Notes under the pieces: generated by a model
The model's database searches: none
What the model saw: only the letters and a program-made list of their open reading frames with translations
Told to the model about the DNA's origin: nothing
Made by a program: the position numbers and the translations under genes
DNA from: a virus
Taxonomy: Duplodnaviria > Caudoviricetes
Reading direction: 5' to 3' (one strand)
DNA length: 64,000 bases
Virus record (IMG/VR): IMGVR_UViG_3300028048_003152
Location: 4,795 to 68,794 of that record
Shown: one piece after another, positions 29,679 through 37,969 of the stretch
Layout: the number at the start of each line of letters is the position of its first letter
How positions within the stretch are numbered: the stretch's first letter is position 1

Positions 29679-31304
29679 TCAAAAGACCCAGAGCGGATGA
29701 TCCGGGTCGTCATATACACTGCCCTGCTGTTCACGGCGGATCGCCCGATCCAGTCCCATGATCCAGGCAACGATGCCGTCAATCTTCTCCGTAGACTTCT
29801 TCTTGCTGGGCTTGATGTTCTCCGCAGCATCAATCTCTGCTACCACGTTTCCCGCCATCCATCTGAGGACCGGATTGCCACCATGGATGATCTTGCCTTC
29901 CAGTAGCAACTTGTATAGTTCCTTCATGCCGGGACTCATATCTTTGAAGCCCATGCCGATTGGAACCATCGTAAAACCGTCTCCCTCAAGGTCGGTGATC
30001 AGCTGCGTCGCGTTCCAGCGGTCCACCCCTATCTCCTTGATATTGAAAACGGTATGCAGGTCGTTGATAGTCTTGCGGACAAAGTTATAATCGACCACGT
30101 TGCCCTCAGTCACATGAAACAGTCCCTGCTTCTCCCAAACATCATAGGGAACATGATCCCTCCGAACTCTCAGCTGCAGAGTTTCTCTCGGCAGCCAGAA
30201 GTGCGGCACCACGATGTATTTCTCCGTTTCATTTCTCGGAGGGAATACCATCACAAAGGCAGTGATGTCGCTTGTACTGGAAAGGTCCAGTCCGCAGTAG
30301 CACTCCCTGCCTTTCAGGGCATCGAGGTCAATCGGGATATTCCCTTTGTCGTAGATGTGTTCCGGTATCCAGGCGACTGCACTTCCGACCCACTGGTCGA
30401 GCCGGAGCTGGCGGAAGACGTTCTCTTCTGCCGGATTGGTCAGTGCCTCTCTGTGGGCATCGCGCACACGGTCGATCTGGATGGTATATCCCAGGGAGGG
30501 ATTTGCCTTGTACCAGGCTTTCTCACTATTCCAGTCCTCTCCGTCCTCCAGACCGTAAATGACCGGATAGAAGGACGGATCAATGCGCTTGCCCTCCAGG
30601 ATGTCCTTTGCCTTGGTATGGTACTCATAACAGATGCTGTTGCGGTCAGTACCAGCCGTGGTGATCAGAAAGTAAAGCGGCTGTGTTCTGGCATCGCCGG
30701 AGCCCTTAGTCAGCACGTCCACAAGGCTGCGGTTGGGCTGCGCGTGAAGCTCATCCAGCACAAGCCCGGATACGTTTAGGCCGTGTTTTGTCCCGACCTC
30801 AGCCGAAAGCACCTGGTAGAAACCGACGTTGGAGTAGTTCACCAGTCGCTTTGTCGCCGCCATGATCTTGGAGCGTTTCAGAAGCGCCGGGGTCATCTCC
30901 ACCATCCGTTTTGCCACATCGAACACGATGGAAGCCTGCTGCCGGTCCGCAGCCGCGCCGTAGACCTCTGCAGACGGTTCTCCGTCAGCGTACAAAAGAT
31001 ACAGCGCCACCGCAGCGGCAAGCTCGCTCTTTCCGTTCTTCTTGGGGATCTCCACATAGGCCGTGCGGAACTGCCGGGTGCCGTCCTCCTTCACGATCCC
31101 GAACACATCCCGTATGATCTGTTCCTGCCAGGGAAGCAGCCAGAACGGTTTCCCGCTCCACCTGCCCTTGGTGTGGCAAAGGTTTTCGATAAATCGGACC
31201 GCCCGGTCTGCTTTGCCCTCGTCATAGTGGGATTCCGGGAGCATGAACCGGGATGGCTTGTAGTCCTTCAGTTTCGGGTAGTTCTTCGGTCTCTCCTTCG
31301 CCAT
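29679..31304 (-). CDS. terL: Terminase large subunit
   Basis: EIPKKNGKSE Walker A, LDELH, GLDLS, EKIDG. Confidence 0.95.
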   Translation of the reverse strand: MAKERPKNYPKLKDYKPSRFMLPESHYDEGKADRAVRFIENLCHTKGRWSGKPFWLLPWQEQIIRDVFGIVKEDGTRQFRTAYVEIPKKNGKSELAAAVALYLLYADGEPSAEVYGAAADRQQASIVFDVAKRMVEMTPALLKRSKIMAATKRLVNYSNVGFYQVLSAEVGTKHGLNVSGLVLDELHAQPNRSLVDVLTKGSGDARTQPLYFLITTAGTDRNSICYEYHTKAKDILEGKRIDPSFYPVIYGLEDGEDWNSEKAWYKANPSLGYTIQIDRVRDAHREALTNPAEENVFRQLRLDQWVGSAVAWIPEHIYDKGNIPIDLDALKGRECYCGLDLSSTSDITAFVMVFPPRNETEKYIVVPHFWLPRETLQLRVRRDHVPYDVWEKQGLFHVTEGNVVDYNFVRKTINDLHTVFNIKEIGVDRWNATQLITDLEGDGFTMVPIGMGFKDMSPGMKELYKLLLEGKIIHGGNPVLRWMAGNVVAEIDAAENIKPSKKKSTEKIDGIVAWIMGLDRAIRREQQGSVYDDPDHPLWVF

Positions 31305-31777
31305 CAGTTCCCTCCCAGCAGATCTTCCATGTCATCCAGCGGCACGTTTTTCAGATCCGCGCCGGCCGTGATCCTGCTTCTGGCAGAAGGCGTCAGGCCG
31401 AACTGCTCCGCGATCTTATTCATGATCTTGAGGTACGTCTGGGCAATGGATACCTGCGGGACCTGCTGCCAGTAGCCGGACGGCGTCTTCACGATGGTTC
31501 CATGCTGTGTGATGAATTCCTCAGCTTCTTTCCACCGGGCATACGCCTGGCAGTAGGAAGCGAAAGCCGCCTGGTCCACCTCGGTCAGTACACCGATCTG
31601 CTCCAGCTGCTTGGAAAGCCTGTGCCATTCCTTTTTTGCCTCCGGCTCCAGCCACTTCGGACAGGGAGGCGCTTTTCGTACCGGCTGCGGCTCCGCACTG
31701 TTCAGCGGCCGCTTGCCTGGATTGCCTTCCAGTTCCTTGATCGCAGTCGGTGTCGGTTTTCTTCCTCTCGTAGCCAT
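31304..31777 (-). CDS. terS: Terminase small subunit (P27 family)
   Basis: GRKPTPT..ELEGNPGKRPL, FGLTPSARSRI. Confidence 0.92.
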   Translation of the reverse strand: MATRGRKPTPTAIKELEGNPGKRPLNSAEPQPVRKAPPCPKWLEPEAKKEWHRLSKQLEQIGVLTEVDQAAFASYCQAYARWKEAEEFITQHGTIVKTPSGYWQQVPQVSIAQTYLKIMNKIAEQFGLTPSARSRITAGADLKNVPLDDMEDLLGGN

Positions 31778-32002
31778 GTTGGAAAATCAAACCTCCTTCC
31801 TCGAAAACGGGTATAAGAAAAGAGCCTGCGGATAATCCGTAGACTCTCGGTAATCTTTATGTTGGTGGTTTCATTCGTTAGGGGTCTTCACATGACCACC
31901 GTGCGGGTTCCCCACGCCCCTTGCGGTTCAGGGTGTTCCGATGCCGCCAATTATATCCCCAGTTCATGTTTTGGTGAAGCGGTTCCGGCTCCGCTATGTA
32001 TC

Positions 32003-32281
32003 TTAGATCTGGGAAAGCGCCCAAGCAATGGCGTGCCCTGCGTCGATGTGCTCCACTTCGCTGACTGCCATCAGCCCGATGGTGCCTTCGCAGGAAAGGT
32101 CGTCGTCCAAGTGCTCGTAAATAGCACCGTAGAAACAGGGTTTTCCTTTGCCGTTGTAATAATACCCGGCCAGGAGCACCTTGTCCCCAAAATCCAAAAC
32201 CTTGCTCCAGCGGCATTCCAGGTCCTCGCTTGTGGTCGGGTTCGGCAATCTGTATTTTTTCATTCCTTCGTTGATCGTCAT
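32003..32281 (-). CDS. Hypothetical phage protein
   Basis: GGAGG RBS; preceded by the shared promoter-like motif. Confidence 0.65.
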   Translation of the reverse strand: MTINEGMKKYRLPNPTTSEDLECRWSKVLDFGDKVLLAGYYYNGKGKPCFYGAIYEHLDDDLSCEGTIGLMAVSEVEHIDAGHAIAWALSQI

Positions 32282-32315
32282 GGTCTTTTCCTCCCGCTAT
32301 TTGTTTTCCCTTTCG

Positions 32316-32356
32316 GTAGTGACATGTTCGCTCTATACGAAGGATATATCAAGTGA
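32316..32356 (-). promoter_or_regulatory. ACTTG-N16-GAGCGA motif
   Basis: CACTTGATATATCCTTCGTATAGAGCGAACATGTCACTACC. Confidence 0.55.
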
Positions 32357-32456
32357 ATTATCACATATTTACCGCCATAATATGCACAAATCTACTGCAC
32401 TGAATCTGACCGATTTTTCTAATGAATCCGATACTCCTCATTGTCAAAGAGAGTCT

Positions 32457-32936
32457 TCATCTTTTCCACCGGCCGCCTCCAATCTGCGGGATCTTCACGG
32501 CCACCCATTCTGTCAGAGGGAGTTTTTCTATGATCCCTGCATCTTCCAATGCCTCCTTCATCCCGTCCTCGTCACAGATGATGATGTCAGCCCACCGGCT
32601 GAGTGCATGTCTGGCTTTCAGTCCAAACATCACCTGACCGCAGCGCGGGCATCTGGCATCCTCCTCCGGTTGATGCTTTCCGTACCAGTCCAGGGTGACC
32701 TTCGCCTCAGCCTCAGTTGCGATCTTATGGCAGCGGTCAGCACCATAGACCACCGAGAGGCTCCCGCCCTCGTCCCAGTCACACAGAACGCTTCCGGTAT
32801 CATCAACTCCCGTTACGGTTCCCTGGCTTCCGATCCTCGGTGCCTGGACATCGTCCATCTGATCGATCACCACTCGGCAGCCGACCGGATAGGTCCTGCG
32901 GATACGTTCTACTGTCTCTCTGTTTGGAAAATTCAT
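32457..32936 (-). CDS. DUF4314-like protein
   Basis: YPVGCRV...MDDVQAP..G..GTVTGVDD.GS...WD.GGSLSVVYGAD. Confidence 0.8.
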   Translation of the reverse strand: MNFPNRETVERIRRTYPVGCRVVIDQMDDVQAPRIGSQGTVTGVDDTGSVLCDWDEGGSLSVVYGADRCHKIATEAEAKVTLDWYGKHQPEEDARCPRCGQVMFGLKARHALSRWADIIICDEDGMKEALEDAGIIEKLPLTEWVAVKIPQIGGGRWKR

Positions 32937-33077
32937 CGTCTCACGCTCCTTTTCTTTTATGGGCTTCTTGCCCACAGCTTTATTCGCTCCGAAAAGAGTG
33001 GATAGCCACGGGGGATACCCTTCTACGACCAAGAACCGGCTCTGTGGCCGGCTTGGTTGCAGGAGGCTGTCTCCTGT

Positions 33078-33704
33078 TTAATCGTTGGCGTCTTCCGCTG
33101 CCAGCTTTTCGGCTTTCTTACGCTCCCGACGTGCCTTCTCAGCGATGCGGTTCTTTTCGCGGCGCTCCGCCAGTTTGTCCGGGTGGGCTGCATAGTATTC
33201 TTTCTGGTAGGCCATGATCTTCTTTGACCGTTCCTCTTTCGTCATCGGCGGCTTCTTTTCCTTTGGAGGTTGTTCCGCCTTTTTCTTTTCATACCACCGC
33301 TTATTCTGCTCTGCCTTTCTCTGCCGATACTCCTTGGCGTAGTCGCTCTCAACCAGGATGCGAATGATGTTGCCCCGGCAATCCTCACTCTCGCCGATGC
33401 AGACAAGGTTTTTCAGGTTGTAATCCCGCCAAATGCGGATCAAGCGCTTACGGATGGCTCCACCGAAGTAAGTGCTGAATTTACCGCCCTTAAAGTTCCC
33501 CCGGCTGATGATTTCCCAGGCTACAATGTTTCCCTCCTGTAGGAAGTCCTCCGTGCTGTAGGTATCCATCTTGCCGCGGTACATCTCCGCCTCATGAAGA
33601 GTAATCGGGGCAAGGTTGCGGAAGAGCTGTTCATATGCTTCTTCCTCGCCGTGTATGATCAGCTCAACCAGTTCCTCGTTGGTGTAATCGGTATATCTCT
33701 TCAT
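33078..33704 (-). CDS. Sigma-70 region-2-containing protein lacking region 4
   Basis: TNEELV...AYEQLF...EDFLQEG...FSTYF; Lys/Glu-rich tail. Confidence 0.65.
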   Translation of the reverse strand: MKRYTDYTNEELVELIIHGEEEAYEQLFRNLAPITLHEAEMYRGKMDTYSTEDFLQEGNIVAWEIISRGNFKGGKFSTYFGGAIRKRLIRIWRDYNLKNLVCIGESEDCRGNIIRILVESDYAKEYRQRKAEQNKRWYEKKKAEQPPKEKKPPMTKEERSKKIMAYQKEYYAAHPDKLAERREKNRIAEKARRERKKAEKLAAEDAND

Positions 33705-33744
33705 TGCTATATCCTCCCTGTAATCGCTTGGTGTGTTTCCTTTT

Positions 33745-33788
33745 GGGTGTGTACATATATCACTCAGAAGGGCAGATATAGCAAGTCA
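33745..33788 (-). promoter_or_regulatory. ACTTG-N16-GAGTGA motif
   Basis: GACTTGCTATATCTGCCCTTCTGAGTGATATATGTACAC. Confidence 0.55.
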
Positions 33789-33847
33789 ATTCGGAGATAT
33801 ATATCCAACAATTATCCTGCCTGAAAAGCGGCCGGAAATTGGTACAT

Positions 33848-34984
33848 TTACACCGTATCCCTCTCTTTGGAAGCGGCCTTTGCAGCCCGTAGTGCATCGC
33901 GCTTTACCTGCTGCCTGGCCTTCCATTTTTCCTCATCCGCAGGAGTCCGGAAAGCAGAATGGCCGGTTAGATTCTTCATGAGAATTTTGCGCTCCGCCTT
34001 GTATTCCGGACCGTTCATTCCCATCCTGACCAGCCAAACCCGGAGGGAGTATTTTTCGTTGCTGTCGTCCGTTTCCTTGGCCTGCACACGCTTCTGGGTC
34101 TGGGTCGTCTTGTTCATAGCTGCCGCCAGCTTTGTAAAGGTCTGCAGGTGTTCTGCGTCCCTTACATCCTTAAAACCATCGAAGGTCACTTTCTCTTCAT
34201 CGAAGGAAATGCCTTGCAGCGCATCCTCTCTGCCACCCCATTCCTGGACAAAGGCAATCAGGTCTTCTGTTCTTAAGAAAGTATGCCGGTCGAGGATGTC
34301 GTCCACCAGTTCCTTATCCACATGGAAGGTGCCGCCAGTCGCTTTGGAAATGAGCGGTCCTCGCGTGTGGATCATGCAGATCAGGTTGATCAGGGAAGCT
34401 GCTGTGTGTCTAGAAAGCGGGAAGCTGATCCTCGCATCCATCGGAAAGCCCATCGGCTCCTCCGCGTCCCTGATACCGAGGCTGGCTGCCGATTCTTCTT
34501 CGGCTTCCAGTTCATACTCTGCATCCGGGATCGGGTCGGCATCCGTAGTATCCGTTTCCACAATGCCCGCCTCTTCTGTCTGTGCGGTCATCTCCGCGAA
34601 TATGTCCGTTTCCGGTTGCCAGACTTCCTGCTCTTCCTGTGGCTGCGCAGGTGTTTCCGCTTCTTCCCAGTCATCCTCACCCCACTCCTCCGTTCCGAGA
34701 TCGGGCTGAAGGATCTCGGCGGGTTCAGTCCCTGGCTGAGTCGGGCTTACCGGATGCGTTTCCTCGATGCAGGCTCCGATCATGTTCTCGGAGATGAGCG
34801 TTTCCAAAACGCTCTCGTCAGCGCCTTCCTCCACGGTCAGGCAACCGTCTTTCTCGACGATGAATGGGCCAACCTCGTAAGCGCAGCGGGGAACCCTGGT
34901 GTAGCGTGCATCCAGTCCGGTCAGCTCACTCAGGCGGGCAACCAGGACTTTGCGGTCTTCGATGTTCTTTTCGTATTTCTTCAT
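33848..34984 (-). CDS. Phage 'virulence-related'-type hypothetical protein
   Basis: YTRVPRCAYEVG N-terminus; NEKYSLRVWLVRMGM.G.EYK.ERKILMKNLTG.SAF C-terminus; acidic linker. Confidence 0.7.
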   Translation of the reverse strand: MKKYEKNIEDRKVLVARLSELTGLDARYTRVPRCAYEVGPFIVEKDGCLTVEEGADESVLETLISENMIGACIEETHPVSPTQPGTEPAEILQPDLGTEEWGEDDWEEAETPAQPQEEQEVWQPETDIFAEMTAQTEEAGIVETDTTDADPIPDAEYELEAEEESAASLGIRDAEEPMGFPMDARISFPLSRHTAASLINLICMIHTRGPLISKATGGTFHVDKELVDDILDRHTFLRTEDLIAFVQEWGGREDALQGISFDEEKVTFDGFKDVRDAEHLQTFTKLAAAMNKTTQTQKRVQAKETDDSNEKYSLRVWLVRMGMNGPEYKAERKILMKNLTGHSAFRTPADEEKWKARQQVKRDALRAAKAASKERDTV

Positions 34985-35025
34985 GGCATTTCGCTCCTTT
35001 TCTGAATAATTCCCGCGTCCCTCGC

Positions 35026-35066
35026 GGTAGTGTATTCATCGCTCTACTGCCCTGAAAATGCAAGTA
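35026..35066 (-). promoter_or_regulatory. ACTTG-N16-GAGCGA motif
   Basis: TACTTGCATTTTCAGGGCAGTAGAGCGATGAATACACTACC. Confidence 0.55.
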
Positions 35067-35148
35067 TAATAATCGATAAATCCGGCTCTTTTTCAGAGTT
35101 CTACGTTATCGACAAAGGACGCGGAAATACATCGGGTAGATGTGACAG

Positions 35149-35313
35149 TCAGGAGCGTTTGCGGCTTTCCCGCCAACTGCGAAGGTACTCAATTTGGTCA
35201 CGGTCTTCGCGTTCTCTCTCTTCCAGATCCTCGTCATCAGTAACTGCACCAATCACGAAGCCAGAGAAAAAACTGATAAGAAGTACCGTAATTACGGTAA
35301 TCACATAATGCAT
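35149..35313 (-). CDS. Small membrane protein (54 aa)
   Basis: MHYVITVITVLLISFFSGFVIGAVTDDEDLEEREREDRDQIEYLRSWRESRKRS; GGAGG RBS; not in the ORF track. Confidence 0.55.
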   Translation of the reverse strand: MHYVITVITVLLISFFSGFVIGAVTDDEDLEEREREDRDQIEYLRSWRESRKRS

Positions 35314-35336
35314 CCATATCCTCCCCAATTATCGGC

Positions 35337-35978
35337 TCAGCTGTCCCACTCCTTCTTTTGTCTCGGCATCCCACACGATTTCTTTTCTGGACACTTTCCA
35401 GATATGCAGCCGGGGCCGGCATTTCCGAACAGTTCAGGAGCAGTCTGCTTACAAAGCTTCAGCATCTCATCCGCCATCTTCCGTATCTCCCATTGTGCCC
35501 GGTTGCAGCACCGCAGGGAAAAGAAATGGCGCAGCTCCCTCGCGTTCATTGTCATGATCAGAGCAGTCGGTACAGCCTGCGGTGTGACATATCTGGCATC
35601 CTCTGCTGGAATGCCTGCATCTACCATTCGCTGGTAGAGATTCATGACATCTTCCAAGAGGCTTCCTGCTTCCATGTAGAAATCAGAATTCCGGATGCTC
35701 TCAGGTATAATAAGATCCACACCCCTGATCCTGACATACCGCTGTGACTGGACGGAAAAGCTCGCCAGCCTGTGCCGGGTCAACTGCGCAAGTGCCGCTC
35801 GGCTTAAGTCCTCCACACGAAAGGTAAACACAGCGTGTTCCAGGACGGATTCATGCCCGGAAGCAAGGGACTGCTGCAGGGAATGGTATCCGTTTTTGGA
35901 ATTGGTACACACGGCGGCGGCATCACAACAGATACCGGAAGCTGTCGGAGTATAGGCGATCAGTTCAGCCTTCATCAC
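35337..35978 (-). CDS. thyX: FAD-dependent thymidylate synthase
   Basis: GHESVLEH, ThyX motif RHRLASFSVQSQRY, EDARY, LRCC.RAQWEIR. Confidence 0.95.
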   Translation of the reverse strand: MMKAELIAYTPTASGICCDAAAVCTNSKNGYHSLQQSLASGHESVLEHAVFTFRVEDLSRAALAQLTRHRLASFSVQSQRYVRIRGVDLIIPESIRNSDFYMEAGSLLEDVMNLYQRMVDAGIPAEDARYVTPQAVPTALIMTMNARELRHFFSLRCCNRAQWEIRKMADEMLKLCKQTAPELFGNAGPGCISGKCPEKKSCGMPRQKKEWDS

Positions 35979-37240
35979 TCACCCTCCACTTCTTCCGGCT
36001 CGAAGGTCGCCACTTCATCAAAGCGGAGCTTTTGCCCGTCACGGATCACAAACACGTCATCGTATTTGCCGTCGTTGTGGGCAATCGCTCTTTTCACAAT
36101 GCAGTCTACGAACTTCGGGTCAAGCTCAATGCCACGGCAGATTCGGTCAGTCTCCATGCATGCGATCAGCGTGCTCCCGCTTCCAAGGAAGGGATCGAGT
36201 ACGATTCCGTTGGTCATGGTGCTGTTCTTGATCGGATAGGCCATGAGCGTCACAGGCTTTGTGGTCGGATGGTCCGGACTGCTCTTCGGCTTGTCGTACT
36301 CCCAGACCGTGACCTGCTTGCGGTCGGCATACCACTGATGCTTCCCGCCCTTCTTCCACCCGAACAGGCAGGGCTCGTGAATCCACTGATAAGGGCTTCT
36401 GCCCAGCACCAACGCATTCTTCTTCCAGATGCAGCATCCGGAAAGGTAGAAGCCCGCGTCCTCATAGGCTTTGCGGAAGATCAGGCCCTTGGTGTCTGCA
36501 TGCCAGACGTAGATACTGCCGTCGTCAGCGAGGTTTGCCTGCATACAGCGGAATGCGGACAGCAGGAAATCATAGAACTCTGCATCAGGCAGATTGTCGT
36601 TCTGGATCTTTCCTGCTGTTTCTTCCACATCCACGCCGTAAGGAGGGTCTGTCAGTACAAGGTTTGCCTTCTGTCCGTCCATCAGACGGGTATAGATTTC
36701 TTCGCCGGTGCTGTCGCCGCAGATAACTCTGTGCTTTCCGATCAGCCACATGTCACCCAGCTTGGAGAAGACCGGCTGCTTCAGCTCTGCGTCGATATCG
36801 AAATTATCTTCCTTGACCTGCTTGTCATGGACCTTGTTAAAGAGCTGCCCGATCTCAGGCGGGTCAAAGCCGGTCTTACCCAGATCAAAGTTGCTGTTTC
36901 CTATATCTTCCAACAGTTTAACCAGAAGGTCATCGTCCCAGGCACCGGTGATCTTGTTGAGCGCAATGTTCAGGGCCTTTTCCCTGACCTTGTCGACATC
37001 CACTACCGCACATGGAACCTCAGAGTATCCCAGGTCCATCGCCACTGTCAGGCGCTGATGACCGCCGATGATCGTCATGTCGGAATTGACTACCAGAGGA
37101 TCGGCAAAGCCGAACTCCTCGATACTATCCTGGATCTTCTTGTATTCTTTGTCGCCCTTCTTGAGCTTCTTGCGCGGATTATATTCAGCCGGTTTCAACA
37201 CGGAAATCGGCAGTACTTTCAGCTCTGCTGTTTTCTTCAA
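35975..37240 (-). CDS. ParB/Srx-fused DNA amino-methyltransferase
   Basis: YNPRK, IIGGHQR; TDPPY; LDPFLGSGST; TTG start. Confidence 0.9.
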   Translation of the reverse strand: MKKTAELKVLPISVLKPAEYNPRKKLKKGDKEYKKIQDSIEEFGFADPLVVNSDMTIIGGHQRLTVAMDLGYSEVPCAVVDVDKVREKALNIALNKITGAWDDDLLVKLLEDIGNSNFDLGKTGFDPPEIGQLFNKVHDKQVKEDNFDIDAELKQPVFSKLGDMWLIGKHRVICGDSTGEEIYTRLMDGQKANLVLTDPPYGVDVEETAGKIQNDNLPDAEFYDFLLSAFRCMQANLADDGSIYVWHADTKGLIFRKAYEDAGFYLSGCCIWKKNALVLGRSPYQWIHEPCLFGWKKGGKHQWYADRKQVTVWEYDKPKSSPDHPTTKPVTLMAYPIKNSTMTNGIVLDPFLGSGSTLIACMETDRICRGIELDPKFVDCIVKRAIAHNDGKYDDVFVIRDGQKLRFDEVATFEPEEVEGE

Positions 37241-37494
37241 TTCGCACCTCCATAAAATCGTAGGACCTCGCAAAACGGAATGAAGAGCTCGCCCAGGATG
37301 AATCCCAGTTCAAGCGCTCCACTCGTTTCCATGTATTCTTCTGTCAGATCGCACCACTCGGCATCCTCGCCGTTAATGGAGGTGAGCACTTTATCCTCTC
37401 CATAGTCGATGGCGTGAACGAGGACTGCTCCGGTATTACAGATCGTATACACGCCAATGACCGCAGATAGGTCAATCATTCTCTGATCCGTCAT
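37237..37494 (-). CDS. Hypothetical protein
   Basis: Translationally coupled ORF between nrdG and the methylase. Confidence 0.55.
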   Translation of the reverse strand: MTDQRMIDLSAVIGVYTICNTGAVLVHAIDYGEDKVLTSINGEDAEWCDLTEEYMETSGALELGFILGELFIPFCEVLRFYGGAN

Positions 37495-37963
37495 AGACTT
37501 CTCCATTCCGCAGTTGGATGATCCGCTGGTTCCGGCTTCCCCGGAAGGCAAGCGAGACATCCTTTTCTGCTTCGATAAAAGGGCCGTCCACCACCACGTC
37601 CACCAGGTCTAACATTGACGAGGTAGACACACTTTCCAGACGGTATCCTGTGTAGAGCCAAACATCTTTATCAGGCAGCGCCACTCTCACCCTTTTCAGG
37701 AAAGGCAGGAGTACATCCTGGTTCTCCGGCTCCATAGGATCGCCGCCGAGAATGGAAAGGCCCTGAATCCACGAAGGACGCAGGGCTTCCAGAATCTCTT
37801 CTTCAGTATCTTCGGTGAACGGATCGCCGTAATCAAAGTCCCAGGTTTCCGGCTGAAAGCATCCTGGGCAGTGGTTCCTGCACCCGGACACAAACAGCGA
37901 CACCCGGACCCCTGGACCGTTTGCAATGTCGTTTTTGATGATTCCGCCGTAGTTCATGAACAC
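37472..37963 (-). CDS. nrdG: Anaerobic ribonucleotide reductase activating protein
   Basis: NGPGVRVSLFVSGC, CxxxCxxC (CRNHCPGC), GGDP, FRGSRNQRII. Confidence 0.95.
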   Translation of the reverse strand: MFMNYGGIIKNDIANGPGVRVSLFVSGCRNHCPGCFQPETWDFDYGDPFTEDTEEEILEALRPSWIQGLSILGGDPMEPENQDVLLPFLKRVRVALPDKDVWLYTGYRLESVSTSSMLDLVDVVVDGPFIEAEKDVSLAFRGSRNQRIIQLRNGEVYDGSEND

Positions 37964-37969
37964 CTCCCG

